From Treponemataceae bacterium (lineage in GTDB: Bacteria > Spirochaetota > Spirochaetia > Treponematales > Rectinemataceae), in assembly GCA_963677895.2 (NCBI GenBank), contig CAXXGJ010000025.1, positions 256,001-320,000 on the forward strand: DNA of 64,000 nucleotides, in the 5' to 3' direction. Within the stretch, counting starts at the first letter, position 1; each line of letters opens with the position of its first letter. Below are positions 1-9,985 of the stretch, piece after piece. The translations under genes were made by a program, and so were the position numbers. Under the pieces are notes generated by a model. It was not told the DNA's origin, ran no database searches, and worked only from the letters and a program-made list of their open reading frames with translations.

Positions 1-2
1 GC

Positions 3-1394
3 CCATCCTCGGGCAGGCTATTCCTGGAAGGGAAGCCCGTGTCATTCGCGTCCTCGCAGGAAGCCATCAAAGCCGGAATCGGCATGGTGCACCAGCATTT
101 CATGCTCGTACCCAGTCTTTCGCTCGCCGAAAACCTGGTGCTCGGACAGGAACCGCACAAGGGAAGGTCCAACATTTTCGATCTCGACAAGGCGGTCGCG
201 ATCACCGAGGAGTTGGCCGAGAAATACAATTTCAAGATTTTCGCCCGCGCCCGCGTGGTCGACGTTTCGGTCTCCATGAGGCAGAAGCTTGAGATCCTGA
301 AAGCCCTGTATCGCGGCGCCAAGATTCTCATCCTGGACGAACCCACCGCGGTGCTCACGCCGCAGGAAACGGACGAACTCTTCGTCGAACTCGAGCAGCT
401 CCGGAAACACGGGCACACCATCATCTTCATAAGCCATAAACTCAATGAAATATTCAAGCTTTGCGACAGGGTGAGCGTGATGCGCGATGGCCGCATGATC
501 GGAACGCACAAGGTTTCCGAAGTGGACAGCCAGACGATTTCCAACGAGATGGTGGGACGCGAAGTCCTTCTGACAGTCGAGAAGAAGAAGGCCAAGCCCG
601 GCGAAAAGGTCCTCACCGCCAAAGACCTCTCCTATATCGACGACTTCGGCATCACCGCCGTCGACCACCTTTCCTTCGCGCTGAGGAAGGGCGAAATCCT
701 GGGCGTCGTGGGCGTGGACGGCAATGGACAGTCAGAGCTAGTGCGCATCCTCACGGGATCGACGAAGACCCTTTCGGGCTCCGTCTTCGTCCTCGGTCAG
801 GACGTCACCAACAAAAGGCCGGGAGAAATCAGAAAGGCGGGACTCGCCCATATCGCCGAGGACAGGATGACGGTGGGTACGGCGCAGCCGGCCAGCATCG
901 AGGACAACCTCCTGGCCGACCGATATCTCTCCCCCGAATTCACGGGCGTCGCCGGCTTCCTCAAGCCGGAAGCCATCTCGAAGGCAGCGGCCGAGATCGT
1001 CTCTTCCTTCGACATCCGCTGCAATTCCCCGGGTCAGCTGGTGGCCAGTCTCTCCGGCGGCAACATGCAGAAAGTGGTCATCGGAAGAGAGTTCACCGCG
1101 AAGGCGGAAATCCTCGTTATCGCCCAGCCGACGCGCGGCGTCGATGTCGGCGCCATAGAGTTCATCCATAAAAGAATCATAACGATGCGCGACGCGGGCA
1201 AGGCCATTCTTCTCGTCTCGTCGGATCTGCAGGAAGTGATGTCCCTTTCGGACAGCCTCGTGGTCATGAATTCCGGCAAGATCGTCGCCTATTTCGAGGA
1301 CGCCTCGGCGACGACCGACAAGGAACTCGGACTGTATATGCTCGGGCTGAAGAGACAGAGCCCTGAAGAAATCGGGAGAGTGCTCCATGAATAG
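3..1394 (+). CDS. ABC transporter ATP-binding protein, CUT2 nucleoside/sugar family (5'-truncated by window)
   Basis: Two ABC modules: ILILDEPTAVL, GVDGNGQSEL, LSGGNMQK, QPTRGVDVGA; frame open to the window edge. Confidence 0.9.
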   Translation, partial: PSSGRLFLEGKPVSFASSQEAIKAGIGMVHQHFMLVPSLSLAENLVLGQEPHKGRSNIFDLDKAVAITEELAEKYNFKIFARARVVDVSVSMRQKLEILKALYRGAKILILDEPTAVLTPQETDELFVELEQLRKHGHTIIFISHKLNEIFKLCDRVSVMRDGRMIGTHKVSEVDSQTISNEMVGREVLLTVEKKKAKPGEKVLTAKDLSYIDDFGITAVDHLSFALRKGEILGVVGVDGNGQSELVRILTGSTKTLSGSVFVLGQDVTNKRPGEIRKAGLAHIAEDRMTVGTAQPASIEDNLLADRYLSPEFTGVAGFLKPEAISKAAAEIVSSFDIRCNSPGQLVASLSGGNMQKVVIGREFTAKAEILVIAQPTRGVDVGAIEFIHKRIITMRDAGKAILLVSSDLQEVMSLSDSLVVMNSGKIVAYFEDASATTDKELGLYMLGLKRQSPEEIGRVLHE

Positions 1395-2532
1395 CAAAAA
1401 AACGAAAAAACCGGGATTTTTCGATTCGATACGTCTTTTCTTCACCGACAGGGACAAGCTCGAACCCGCCCTCATCACCATTCTTGCCGGCGCTTTCTCC
1501 ATATTGATGGGCGTGGGGCTCATCTTCATCGTCAGCAAGGATCCCGTCACATCGACGAAGAATTTCCTTCTCGGGCCGATCTTGAGGACCTACAACTTCT
1601 ATTACTTGATGATAGCCATGGTGCCTATCACCTTCACGGGCCTGGCCATGTGCATCATCTACAAACTGAGATACATGAGCCTGATCGTCGACTCGAGCTT
1701 CTACATCGGCGCGGTCGTCGCCACGGCCATCGGCGTCAAGCTCAGCCTGCCGCCAGGGATTCATCCCGCGGTGGCCATGATAGCCGCCGGACTCGTCGGG
1801 GGGCTTATAGGGCTTCTACCCGCCATCCTCAAGATAAAGTGGAGAGCCAACGAGCTCGTCTCCTCGCTGATGTTCAACTACATCTTCTACTTCATCGGAA
1901 GCTTCATCATCCTCTACTACCTGCGCGACAGGGACCAGACGATTCTCGCCTCCCTGCCCTTCCAGAAAAGCTTCAACCTTCCCAAGCTCGTCGAGAACAC
2001 GCAGCTGCACGCCGGTTTCATAATCGCCGCGGTCTTCGTCGTCATCGTGTCGATATTCCTGTTCCGGACGCGCTGGGGTTTCGAGATCAGGATAGCCGGC
2101 GCGAATCCTAAATTCGCGGCCTACGCGGGCATTCCCGTCGCGACGGTCGCCCTCTATGCCCACTTTGTCGCGGGCTTCATCGGCGGCCTCGGCGGCGCCG
2201 TGGAAATGTCAGGGCTCTACCGGGCATTCATCTGGCAGATGAATCCGTCCTATGCCATGGACGGCGTGATCGTCGCGATGCTCGCGCGAAAGAACCCGAA
2301 ATATGTGCCCCTCTCGGCATTTTTCCTCGCCTACCTGAGGGTGGGCGCCGACTTCATGTCCAGGCGCGGCGACGTGGCCTTCGAGTTCATAACCCTTCTC
2401 CAGGGCATCATCATCCTCATCCTCGCCTCGGACAAGATCCTCAACTACTTCAAGGCGCGCAGACTGCGCAGGAATGCCCTGCTCGCAGAAGCCTCGGCCA
2501 ACGCCGCGGCGGCGCAAGGAGGCCAGGCATGA
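1387..2532 (+). CDS. ABC permease, nucleoside/sugar (NupB/YufP-like)
   Basis: Multiple TM segments, ANELVSSLMFNY, GFEIRIAGANPKFAAYAGI; overlaps ATPase stop. Confidence 0.88.
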   Translation: MNSKKTKKPGFFDSIRLFFTDRDKLEPALITILAGAFSILMGVGLIFIVSKDPVTSTKNFLLGPILRTYNFYYLMIAMVPITFTGLAMCIIYKLRYMSLIVDSSFYIGAVVATAIGVKLSLPPGIHPAVAMIAAGLVGGLIGLLPAILKIKWRANELVSSLMFNYIFYFIGSFIILYYLRDRDQTILASLPFQKSFNLPKLVENTQLHAGFIIAAVFVVIVSIFLFRTRWGFEIRIAGANPKFAAYAGIPVATVALYAHFVAGFIGGLGGAVEMSGLYRAFIWQMNPSYAMDGVIVAMLARKNPKYVPLSAFFLAYLRVGADFMSRRGDVAFEFITLLQGIIILILASDKILNYFKARRLRRNALLAEASANAAAAQGGQA

Positions 2533-3536
2533 TCGAATTCATCGTGAACGTATTTACCTCGGCCAATTATTGGTTCATCGTGCTGCGCTCCACGGCGCCG
2601 ATTCTCCTCGTCACCCTGGGCGCCGTGATAACTGAATCCGCGGGTATCAAGAACATGGCGCTCGAAGGATCGATGCTCTGGGCAGCCCTTGTCGGCGTCA
2701 TCGTCAGCGCCTGGACGGGCAGCGCTTGGCTGGGCCTCCTCGGGGGCATTCTCGCCGCGGTCGCCATCGCCCTTACCCTGGGGCTCTTCGCCCTCAAGCT
2801 GGACGCCAACGCCGTACTCTGCGGCGTCGCCCTCAACCTCTTCTCGACGGGCGGCACGGTATTCGTCCTCTTCTCCCTCACGGGCGACAAGGGAATTTCC
2901 TCTTCGCTGGCGAGCAAAACCCTCCCCTTCATCAAGATTCCCTTCATCCAGGATATTCCCTGGCTGGGCAAGGTGATATCGGGACAGAACGTGGTCATCT
3001 GGCTCGCTGCGGCGGCCGTGATCGTCGTCCATTTCATCATGAACAAAGCCACCATCGGACGGAGAATCAAGGCGACCGGCGAAAACGTGGAAGCCGCGAA
3101 GGCGGCGGGAATAGACCCCGACCGCATCAAGTTCTTCACCCTCATCGTCTCGGGCGTCCTCGCGGGCATCGCCGGATGCTTCCTCAGCATGGGCTACACC
3201 TCCAACTTCACCTCCGGAATAGCGGCAGGCCGCGGCTATGTAGCCAACGCCGCCCAGGTTGTCGCTGGCGGCACCGCCATCGGAGCTATCTTCGCCTCTC
3301 TTATCTTCGGCCTCACCGACGCCATGGCCACCTACCTGCAGAACGTCGGCCTGCCGCCCGAACTAATCCAGGCCCTGCCTTATTTCGTGACCATTCTCGG
3401 CTTCATCGTCGTGACCCTGATCCGCGACAGGCGCGAGTCCATCCGCAAGAAGAAGCTCTTCGAGGGCAAGCTGCCGAAAGGCGGGCTGAAACCTGTCATG
3501 ACGGGCTCGGACGCGGGCGGAGCGACGCCGGTATGA
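2529..3536 (+). CDS. ABC permease, nucleoside/sugar (NupC/YufQ-like)
   Basis: ESAGIKNMALEG, ATGENVEAAKAAGI, AGRGY, ALPY motifs; ATGA overlap with previous gene. Confidence 0.88.
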   Translation: MIEFIVNVFTSANYWFIVLRSTAPILLVTLGAVITESAGIKNMALEGSMLWAALVGVIVSAWTGSAWLGLLGGILAAVAIALTLGLFALKLDANAVLCGVALNLFSTGGTVFVLFSLTGDKGISSSLASKTLPFIKIPFIQDIPWLGKVISGQNVVIWLAAAAVIVVHFIMNKATIGRRIKATGENVEAAKAAGIDPDRIKFFTLIVSGVLAGIAGCFLSMGYTSNFTSGIAAGRGYVANAAQVVAGGTAIGAIFASLIFGLTDAMATYLQNVGLPPELIQALPYFVTILGFIVVTLIRDRRESIRKKKLFEGKLPKGGLKPVMTGSDAGGATPV

Positions 3537-4894
3537 GCGGCCAGACTGCCCCGGTCGCCCTCGCCGATTTCATCGTCGAGGGCGCCGTCATCCTCTGCCT
3601 GGATCCCGAATGGCGAATCTTCGAACCCGGCTACATCGCGGTGCGCGACGGCCGTATCAGCGCCGTCGGCCCCGCCGAAGAGGGCGCGGCCATCCAGGCC
3701 AAGCGGCGTATAGACGCCGCGGGCAAGCTTCTCATGCCCGGCTTCGTCAACACCCACACCCACGTTCCCATGTCGGCCTTCCGCGGCGCCTGCGAAGACG
3801 TCAAGGACAGGCTGATCCGCTTCCTCTTCCCCCTCGAGCGCGACCTCGTGCGGCCGGAGCTCGTCTACTGGTCGACGCTCTACTGCCTCACCGAGATGGC
3901 GCGCTCGGGCACGACCACCTTCGCGGACATGTACTATTTCGAGGATGAAGTGGCCAAGGCGACGAAAAAGGCGGGCATGCGCGCCCTCCTCGGGGAGACC
4001 GTCCTCGGCCAGGCCGCGCCCGACGCGGCGCAGGCCTACGGCGGCATCGACTACGCGAAGGACTTCATCGCCGAATGGAAGGGAGACGGACTCATCGATC
4101 CCTGCTTCGCCCCGCACGCTCCCTACACCGTGGACCGCCCCCACCTGGAACTGCTGCGCGACGAGGCCGAGCGCCTCGACACCGATATCATGATCCACGT
4201 GGCCGAGATGGATTTCGAGAACAAGCAGTTTTCGGAGAGCCATGGCTCGGTGCTGCGCTATCTCGATTCGATAGAAGGGCTTCTCTCGCCGCGCTTCCTC
4301 GCGGCCCATATGCTCTACGTGGACGATGAGGACGTGGCGCTCGCGGCGAAGCGCGGCATGCGCGTTGCCCACTGCCCTGCCTCGAACGCCAAATCGGGCC
4401 GCCTCATCTGCCCGGCCTGGCGCCTGACGAAGGCCGGCGTCCCCCTGGGCCTCGCCACCGACGGCCCCCTGTCCGGAAATGGCATGGACATGGAGGGCGT
4501 GCTGGGTCTCTTCCCCAAAATGCAGAAGGTGAGGGAAGGCAGGCGCGAGATATTGAGCGCCAGGGAAGCCCTGCGCGCGGCCACGTTGGGCGGCGCCGAG
4601 GCGCTCCATCTGGCCGACCGGATCGGATCGCTCGAAGCCGGCAAGCGGGCCGACTTCATCATCGTGGACTTGGATGACTTCAACATGCAGCCGGTCTACG
4701 ACTGGTATTCGACGGTCGTCTACGCGATGAGGTCGCACAACGTTGAGTCGGTCTTCGTGGAGGGCCGACAGATCGTCGAGGCGCGCAGGATGACGGGCTT
4801 TGACCAGGACGAAGCGATGGCGGAGATGATGAAGATAAAGTGCAACTGTTCGGCCTTCATCGCCGATATCGCCGCGAGGCTGGCCGCCGGTTGA
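3533..4894 (+). CDS. Amidohydrolase, MTA/SAH/nucleoside deaminase family
   Basis: PGFVNTHTH, APHAPYT, HVAE, ATDG, GSLEAGKRAD; real start ATG 3533 overlaps permease stop (ATGA). Confidence 0.85.
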   Translation: MSGQTAPVALADFIVEGAVILCLDPEWRIFEPGYIAVRDGRISAVGPAEEGAAIQAKRRIDAAGKLLMPGFVNTHTHVPMSAFRGACEDVKDRLIRFLFPLERDLVRPELVYWSTLYCLTEMARSGTTTFADMYYFEDEVAKATKKAGMRALLGETVLGQAAPDAAQAYGGIDYAKDFIAEWKGDGLIDPCFAPHAPYTVDRPHLELLRDEAERLDTDIMIHVAEMDFENKQFSESHGSVLRYLDSIEGLLSPRFLAAHMLYVDDEDVALAAKRGMRVAHCPASNAKSGRLICPAWRLTKAGVPLGLATDGPLSGNGMDMEGVLGLFPKMQKVREGRREILSAREALRAATLGGAEALHLADRIGSLEAGKRADFIIVDLDDFNMQPVYDWYSTVVYAMRSHNVESVFVEGRQIVEARRMTGFDQDEAMAEMMKIKCNCSAFIADIAARLAAG

Positions 4895-4920
4895 ACGCGG
4901 GTTGAACGCGGATTCAATCC
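4889..4920. repeat. 11-bp tandem repeat GGTTGAACGCG x2 with hairpin
   Basis: Copies at 4889-4899 and 4900-4910; GGGTTGAA/TTCAATCC stem. Confidence 0.7.
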
Positions 4921-4939
4921 ATGCAATAGTAAGAAAATA

Positions 4940-6154
4940 ATGCAATTCAACCTGGCCAATTTTTTGCGTGGAATATCCAAAGCCTTGGACTTCATAGAAG
5001 AGGACTTGTTCGGCCTTCCCACCAACCACTCGAAAAGAATCGCGCTGATCGCGGTGCGGCTTGGCCAGGAAATGAATATGTCCCCGGAAGAGCTGTTTGA
5101 TCTTACAGCCTTGGCCTTGCTGCACGATAACGGCGCGAGCATCAAGCTGCTTCAAGACAGTCAAAAGGCGAGCATGCTCGAAAAACAGAATCTGGCTGAG
5201 AGCATGCAGCAGCACTGCGTCATCGGGGAACGGAATGTCGCCAGCTTCAGTTTCATGACATCCCCGGCGAATATCATTCTCTACCATCATGAAAATCACG
5301 ACGGGACAGGCTTTTTCGGCAAACGAGGCGACGAGATTCCGCTTATGTCGCGCATCATTCACCTGGCCGATAAGCTGGATCTGGATTGCGGCATAAAGAA
5401 CGCCGCCGATAATGCTTCGGAGCGAGGCCGCGTCTCCGCCTACGTGAAGCGCTATAAAGGAACATATTTTTCGCCCGAGACCGCCGATGTTTTCCTTCTT
5501 CTCGCGGAACAGGAATCGTTCTGGAACGAGCTGAACGACGCGGCCATTTCGTTGGCCTTATTGAGGTACACGCCTGACTTTTCCATCGACTTCTCGTATG
5601 GCGAAATCAGGGAAATGACCAGGACTTTTTCGAAAATCATCGACGCGAAATCGGCGTTCACCGAACTTCATTCAAGCGGACTCGCGGAAAAAGTCGAGAA
5701 GATGGCGGCCTACTATGGTTTTGACGAAGACACTGTCCAACAGATGCTGATCGCGGCTGATCTCCATGATCTCGGAAAGATGGCGGTCAGCAACGCGATT
5801 CTGGACAAGCCTGGCGTTCTGACCGCCGCGGAGTTCAACAAGATAAAAACCCATCCCGGAGTAGCCAGAGTTTGCCTCGAAGAGATAAAGGGGTTTGAGT
5901 CGATCGTCCAATGGATTTATCAGCATCACGAGAAACTCGACGGATCGGGATATCCGCAAGGGCTAAAGGGCGAAAGCCTGGACTCCAATTCCAGATTGCT
6001 GACCTGTCTGGACATTTATCAGGCATTGACGGAGGAAAGGCCATACCGAAAAGCGATGGACCACGAGTCAGCCGTGACAGCCCTGCGGACGATGGCGAGG
6101 AAGAACCTCATCGATCCGCGGATTGTCGAAGACATCGCCCGTCTTTTTCAATGA
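4940..6154 (+). CDS. Tandem HD/HD-GYP domain phosphohydrolase
   Basis: N-domain LLHDNG...HHENHDGTGF; C-domain LHDLGK...HHEKLDGSGYP...ERPYRK. Confidence 0.88.
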   Translation: MQFNLANFLRGISKALDFIEEDLFGLPTNHSKRIALIAVRLGQEMNMSPEELFDLTALALLHDNGASIKLLQDSQKASMLEKQNLAESMQQHCVIGERNVASFSFMTSPANIILYHHENHDGTGFFGKRGDEIPLMSRIIHLADKLDLDCGIKNAADNASERGRVSAYVKRYKGTYFSPETADVFLLLAEQESFWNELNDAAISLALLRYTPDFSIDFSYGEIREMTRTFSKIIDAKSAFTELHSSGLAEKVEKMAAYYGFDEDTVQQMLIAADLHDLGKMAVSNAILDKPGVLTAAEFNKIKTHPGVARVCLEEIKGFESIVQWIYQHHEKLDGSGYPQGLKGESLDSNSRLLTCLDIYQALTEERPYRKAMDHESAVTALRTMARKNLIDPRIVEDIARLFQ

Positions 6155-6196
6155 CAAGAAAACCTCAGCCCGCGCGTTCCCCCGTATCTTGCCTCG

Positions 6197-7642
6197 TCAA
6201 AGATCCATCGTCGATCGGTACGGCCGGGCGTTCGCCTTGAACTCGGCCTTGGCGGCGGCGAGGATTTCCGGCTCGGTGACGAGTCCGAAGCCCGCGAGCG
6301 CCATGCAGGCGCCCGCCCAGCGCATGGCCTTGAAAGCCCAGGTCGAGCCGGAGGCCGCGCAGGACTGCCAGGTGTGGGCGCCGATGCCGAGAGGCCAGGT
6401 AGCCGCGTTCATCTGCCCCACCGGGACGACATAGGACACATCGCCCGTATCGAGAGAACCGCCTATCCTTTTCCCTTCGCCAAAATCGCCCAACGTTCTG
6501 TGGATGGGCGATTTCAGCAAATCGAGTGGGGCGCCGATCGGCGCGAGGGTGGCTTTCCTGTCGTCTTTTTCCACGGTCGCCTGGAGGCTTTTCGCGAAGA
6601 CGAGTTCCTCGGGCGTGGGGACGGGCAGAGGCAGGCTGCCCATCGCCTTGTACAGAAGATCCTGGATGGCGTAGTTCGGCCTGTAATCGCACTTTCCGGC
6701 CTTTATCTCCGACGTGAAACTCGTCTCCGTCATGAGGGCCGCGCCCTGCGCCGCCTTCATTATGCGCTTCATGACGAGGGGAACGATTTCGGCCGTCGGA
6801 GCGCGGACATAGAGGAAGGTCGCGGCGTGCGCCGGCACGATGTTGGGCCTGTCGCCGCCGTCGCTGATCACGTAGTGCAGAAGGATGCCGGGGCTGAGGT
6901 GCTCGCGCATGAATTCGAGCGAAAGGTTGAAGAGCTGGACAGCGTCGAGAGCCGATCTTCCCGCCTGAGGCGCCATGCCGGCGTGGCTCGCCCTGCCCTT
7001 GAATGAAAAGACGAGGCTCAGGTTGGCGCTCGAGGTATAGCGGTGCGGCGTGTTCACGTCGGCGCCGTGCCAGGTCATGATGGCATCGGCGTCGCTGAAG
7101 CGGCCGGCCTTCACCATGGGAATGCGCCCGAGCGATTCCTCGGCCGGGCAGCCGTAATATCTGACGCGGCCGGGGATGCCCCGCGTTTCGAGAATGTGAG
7201 CGAGGGTCTCGGCTGCGGCGAGTGATCCCGCTCCGAGAAGATTGTGCCCGCAGGCGTGCCCCGGGGCTCCCTCATTCGCGGGCTTCTTTTCGATGCCGCA
7301 GACCTGGGACATGCCCGGCAGCGCGTCGTATTCGCCCATGAAGGCGATGATGGGTCCCCCCGAACCGCGTTCGGCGACGAAGGAATGCTTCATCTCGGGG
7401 TACTCGGTCACCGAGAAGCCCTTGGAGGCGAGGCGCTTTTCATAGATGGCCGAAGACCGCTCCTCGTGGAAGGCGACTTCGGGATGTTCCCAGATGTCGC
7501 GCGAGATCGCGTCGTATTCGGCGCCGTGGCGCGCGACGAATTCTGCTATTTCCGCGGCTACGGCCGTTGTTGCGGCCGAGGCCGCGGCCAAGGCCGGCGC
7601 CAGGGACGTTTGAGCGTTTTGGGGAGCATTGATCTTTTTCAT
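6197..7642 (-). CDS. M20 amidohydrolase, p-aminobenzoyl-glutamate hydrolase subunit B-like
   Basis: GEYDALPG, GHACGHNLLG, GCPAEE, GRSALDA, DTGDVS motifs. Confidence 0.85.
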   Translation of the reverse strand: MKKINAPQNAQTSLAPALAAASAATTAVAAEIAEFVARHGAEYDAISRDIWEHPEVAFHEERSSAIYEKRLASKGFSVTEYPEMKHSFVAERGSGGPIIAFMGEYDALPGMSQVCGIEKKPANEGAPGHACGHNLLGAGSLAAAETLAHILETRGIPGRVRYYGCPAEESLGRIPMVKAGRFSDADAIMTWHGADVNTPHRYTSSANLSLVFSFKGRASHAGMAPQAGRSALDAVQLFNLSLEFMREHLSPGILLHYVISDGGDRPNIVPAHAATFLYVRAPTAEIVPLVMKRIMKAAQGAALMTETSFTSEIKAGKCDYRPNYAIQDLLYKAMGSLPLPVPTPEELVFAKSLQATVEKDDRKATLAPIGAPLDLLKSPIHRTLGDFGEGKRIGGSLDTGDVSYVVPVGQMNAATWPLGIGAHTWQSCAASGSTWAFKAMRWAGACMALAGFGLVTEPEILAAAKAEFKANARPYRSTMDL

Positions 7643-7667
7643 CGTACAACCTTTGGGTATCGAAAGT

Positions 7668-8504
7668 TCAGAGACCGGCCTTGGCCTTCACGCGATTGCG
7701 TCCATCCTTGGCGAACTGGAAGCCCGCGTTGAGTTCCAGGGCCTTTCCGTAAGTTTCATAGGCGCGTTTGTACTGGCCCAGCATTTCCTTCACGGCGCCC
7801 AGCCTGTACCACCAGTAGTACATGCTCTTTTCCATCGTGACGGCGGTGGAAAAGGCTATGTCGGCATGTTCGTACTTCTTGAGCCTCATGTAGCATTCGC
7901 CCACGTAATAATAGGCGCTGGACATCCTCTCCTCGCGCTCGGGAGCCCGCGCGAAATAATCCGCGAAATATTGAAGCGCTTCCTCGTTGCGGTCGAGGAA
8001 GTAGAGCGATTCGGCCATGGTCTCCATAATCCTGAAATCCTGGACAGTCTGGAGCGCCTTCTGGCCTATGGTCACGACTTCCTTGTGGCGATCCAGGCGG
8101 AAAAGGTTCCAGCACTGGAGGCTGATGAGGTCGGGATTGGCGGAGTCGGAGGGAAGGAGTTTCTCGATCATCGCGAGCGAGGAGGAGAAAACCTTGTCCG
8201 CTTCGGCTTCCCTGCCGGCCATCTGAAGCTGGCGTCCTCTCTGATAGAGCTGGGCCGCCGTCTGGTAGGAAGGGCCGGAGGGCGCGGGATTCGTCGCGGT
8301 TGCGGGATTCGTCGCCGACGAGGGGATCGGCGCCGCCGGCTTCGTCGCTGTCGTTATCGTCGTCGTGCTCGTGACGCTCGCTTCGGGCGGATTCTGTCTG
8401 CCTTGGCCATAGGAGGCCGCGGCGGCCGCGAAGGCCAGGACAAAGGCCAGGCAGAGCATCATGGATTTAGGCGGCAATGCGCGCCGCCGCCTTCGAGTGA
8501 CCAT
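7668..8504 (-). CDS. Exported TPR-repeat protein
   Basis: Basic plus hydrophobic N-terminus, Thr/Pro/Ala linker, TPR-like helices (AYYYVGECY, YGKALELN); TAATG overlap with upstream stop. Confidence 0.78.
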   Translation of the reverse strand: MVTRRRRRALPPKSMMLCLAFVLAFAAAAASYGQGRQNPPEASVTSTTTITTATKPAAPIPSSATNPATATNPAPSGPSYQTAAQLYQRGRQLQMAGREAEADKVFSSSLAMIEKLLPSDSANPDLISLQCWNLFRLDRHKEVVTIGQKALQTVQDFRIMETMAESLYFLDRNEEALQYFADYFARAPEREERMSSAYYYVGECYMRLKKYEHADIAFSTAVTMEKSMYYWWYRLGAVKEMLGQYKRAYETYGKALELNAGFQFAKDGRNRVKAKAGL

Positions 8505-9985
8505 TATTGCAGCACCTCGTTGATAGCCGCGGCGGCGCGCCTTCCCTCGCCCATGGCGAGGATGACGGTGGCCGCCCCGAGCACGATGTCGCCGCCCGCG
8601 TAGACACGATCGATGCTCGTCTTCTGCTTTTCGTCGACGAGGATGTGGCCCCGCCGATCCACCTTGAGTTCGGGCGTCGTCCTGGAGATGAGGGGATTGG
8701 ATTCGTTGCCTACGGCCACGATCACGGTGTCGAAGGGAGCGACCGTCTCGCTGCCGCGGATGGCCACGGGGCTGCGCCTTCCCGAGGCGTCGGCCTCACC
8801 GAGTTCGAAGGCCGTCACTTCCAGGCCTATCACCCTTCCGTTCTGGTCGCCGAGGACCCTCGCCGGGCTGCGCAGGAAATCGAAGATGATGCCCTCTTCC
8901 ATGGCATGAACGACTTCCTCGCCCCTGGCCGGCATTTCTTCCCTCGTGCGCCGGTAAAGGATATGGACTTCCTCGGCGCCCAGCCGCATGGCCATGCGCG
9001 CCGAGTCCATGGCGACATTGCCGCCGCCGAGAACGGCCACCCGTCTTGAAGGATAGAGAGGCGTCGCGGCCTCTCCCTTTCGGTAGGCTTTCATGAGGTT
9101 GGTCCGGGTGAGGTATTCGTTGGCGCTGAAGACGCCGACGAGGTTTTCTCCGGGTATGTCCATGAATTTGGGCAGGCCCGCGCCAGTGCCGATGAAGGCG
9201 GCGCTGAAGCCGTCTTCCGCGAGAAGGGCCGAGAGTTTTCTTGTGCGTCCGACGAGGTAGCTCATCTCGAAGCTCACGCCCATGGATTCGAGGACGCCCG
9301 CCTCCGAAGCGACCAGAGCCTTGGGCAACCTGAATTCCGGAATTCCGTACACCATGACGCCGCCGGCCTTGTGGAAGGCTTCGAAGACGACGACCTCGTG
9401 TCCCTGTCTTCTCACGTCCACGGCGCAGGTGAGTCCGGCGGGGCCGGCGCCCACGATGGCCACTTTCTTGCCCGTCGAGGCGGCGGCGGGAGGCGGCGCG
9501 AGGAGGCCTGAGTTCCGCTCGTAGTCGGCCACGAATCGTTCGATCCTGCCGATCTGGACGCCTTTTTCGACGCTTTTGAGCGCCTTGCCGAGGGTACAGG
9601 GCAGCTGGCACTGCTTTTCCTGGGGACAGACTCTTCCGCAAATCGAGGGCAGAAGGTTCGTGCGCTTGATCACCGTAGCCGCTCCGGCGAAGTCCCCTTC
9701 CCTGACCTTCCCTATGAATCCGGGAATGTCGACGCGGACGGGGCAGCCGGCGACGCAGGGGGCGTTTTTGCACTGGAGGCAGCGCTCCGCCTCCACCATG
9801 GCCTGCTCAGGCAGATAGCCCGTGGCGACCTCGTCCATGTTGCTCCGCCGTAGGTCCGGATTCTGATTGGGCATTTCCTGCACGGGAATCGCCATTCTGT
9901 CCCTGGGCGTCAGCGTCATCGATCGGATCCTGTCGAGTTCGAGTCTCGCGCTGTTCTCGTTGTATGTTTTGTCCATATGGCTCAT
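8504..9985 (-). CDS. nfnB: NfnB/SudA (glutamate synthase small-subunit-like) Fe-S flavoprotein
   Basis: EAERCLQCKNAPCVAGCP, ICGRVCPQEKQC, GAGPAG, GGGNVAMD; start ATG 9985 overlaps nfnA stop. Confidence 0.88.
   Translation of the reverse strand: MSHMDKTYNENSARLELDRIRSMTLTPRDRMAIPVQEMPNQNPDLRRSNMDEVATGYLPEQAMVEAERCLQCKNAPCVAGCPVRVDIPGFIGKVREGDFAGAATVIKRTNLLPSICGRVCPQEKQCQLPCTLGKALKSVEKGVQIGRIERFVADYERNSGLLAPPPAAASTGKKVAIVGAGPAGLTCAVDVRRQGHEVVVFEAFHKAGGVMVYGIPEFRLPKALVASEAGVLESMGVSFEMSYLVGRTRKLSALLAEDGFSAAFIGTGAGLPKFMDIPGENLVGVFSANEYLTRTNLMKAYRKGEAATPLYPSRRVAVLGGGNVAMDSARMAMRLGAEEVHILYRRTREEMPARGEEVVHAMEEGIIFDFLRSPARVLGDQNGRVIGLEVTAFELGEADASGRRSPVAIRGSETVAPFDTVIVAVGNESNPLISRTTPELKVDRRGHILVDEKQKTSIDRVYAGGDIVLGAATVILAMGEGRRAAAAINEVLQ

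Noticed and set aside
2726..3532. N-terminal extension of the deaminase ORF
   Set aside because: Off-frame overlap with the permease; true start is the ATGA-coupled ATG at 3533
8504..9985. Annotation as true glutamate synthase gltD
   Set aside because: No gltB nearby; paired with an NfnA/SudB subunit, so NfnAB is the better call
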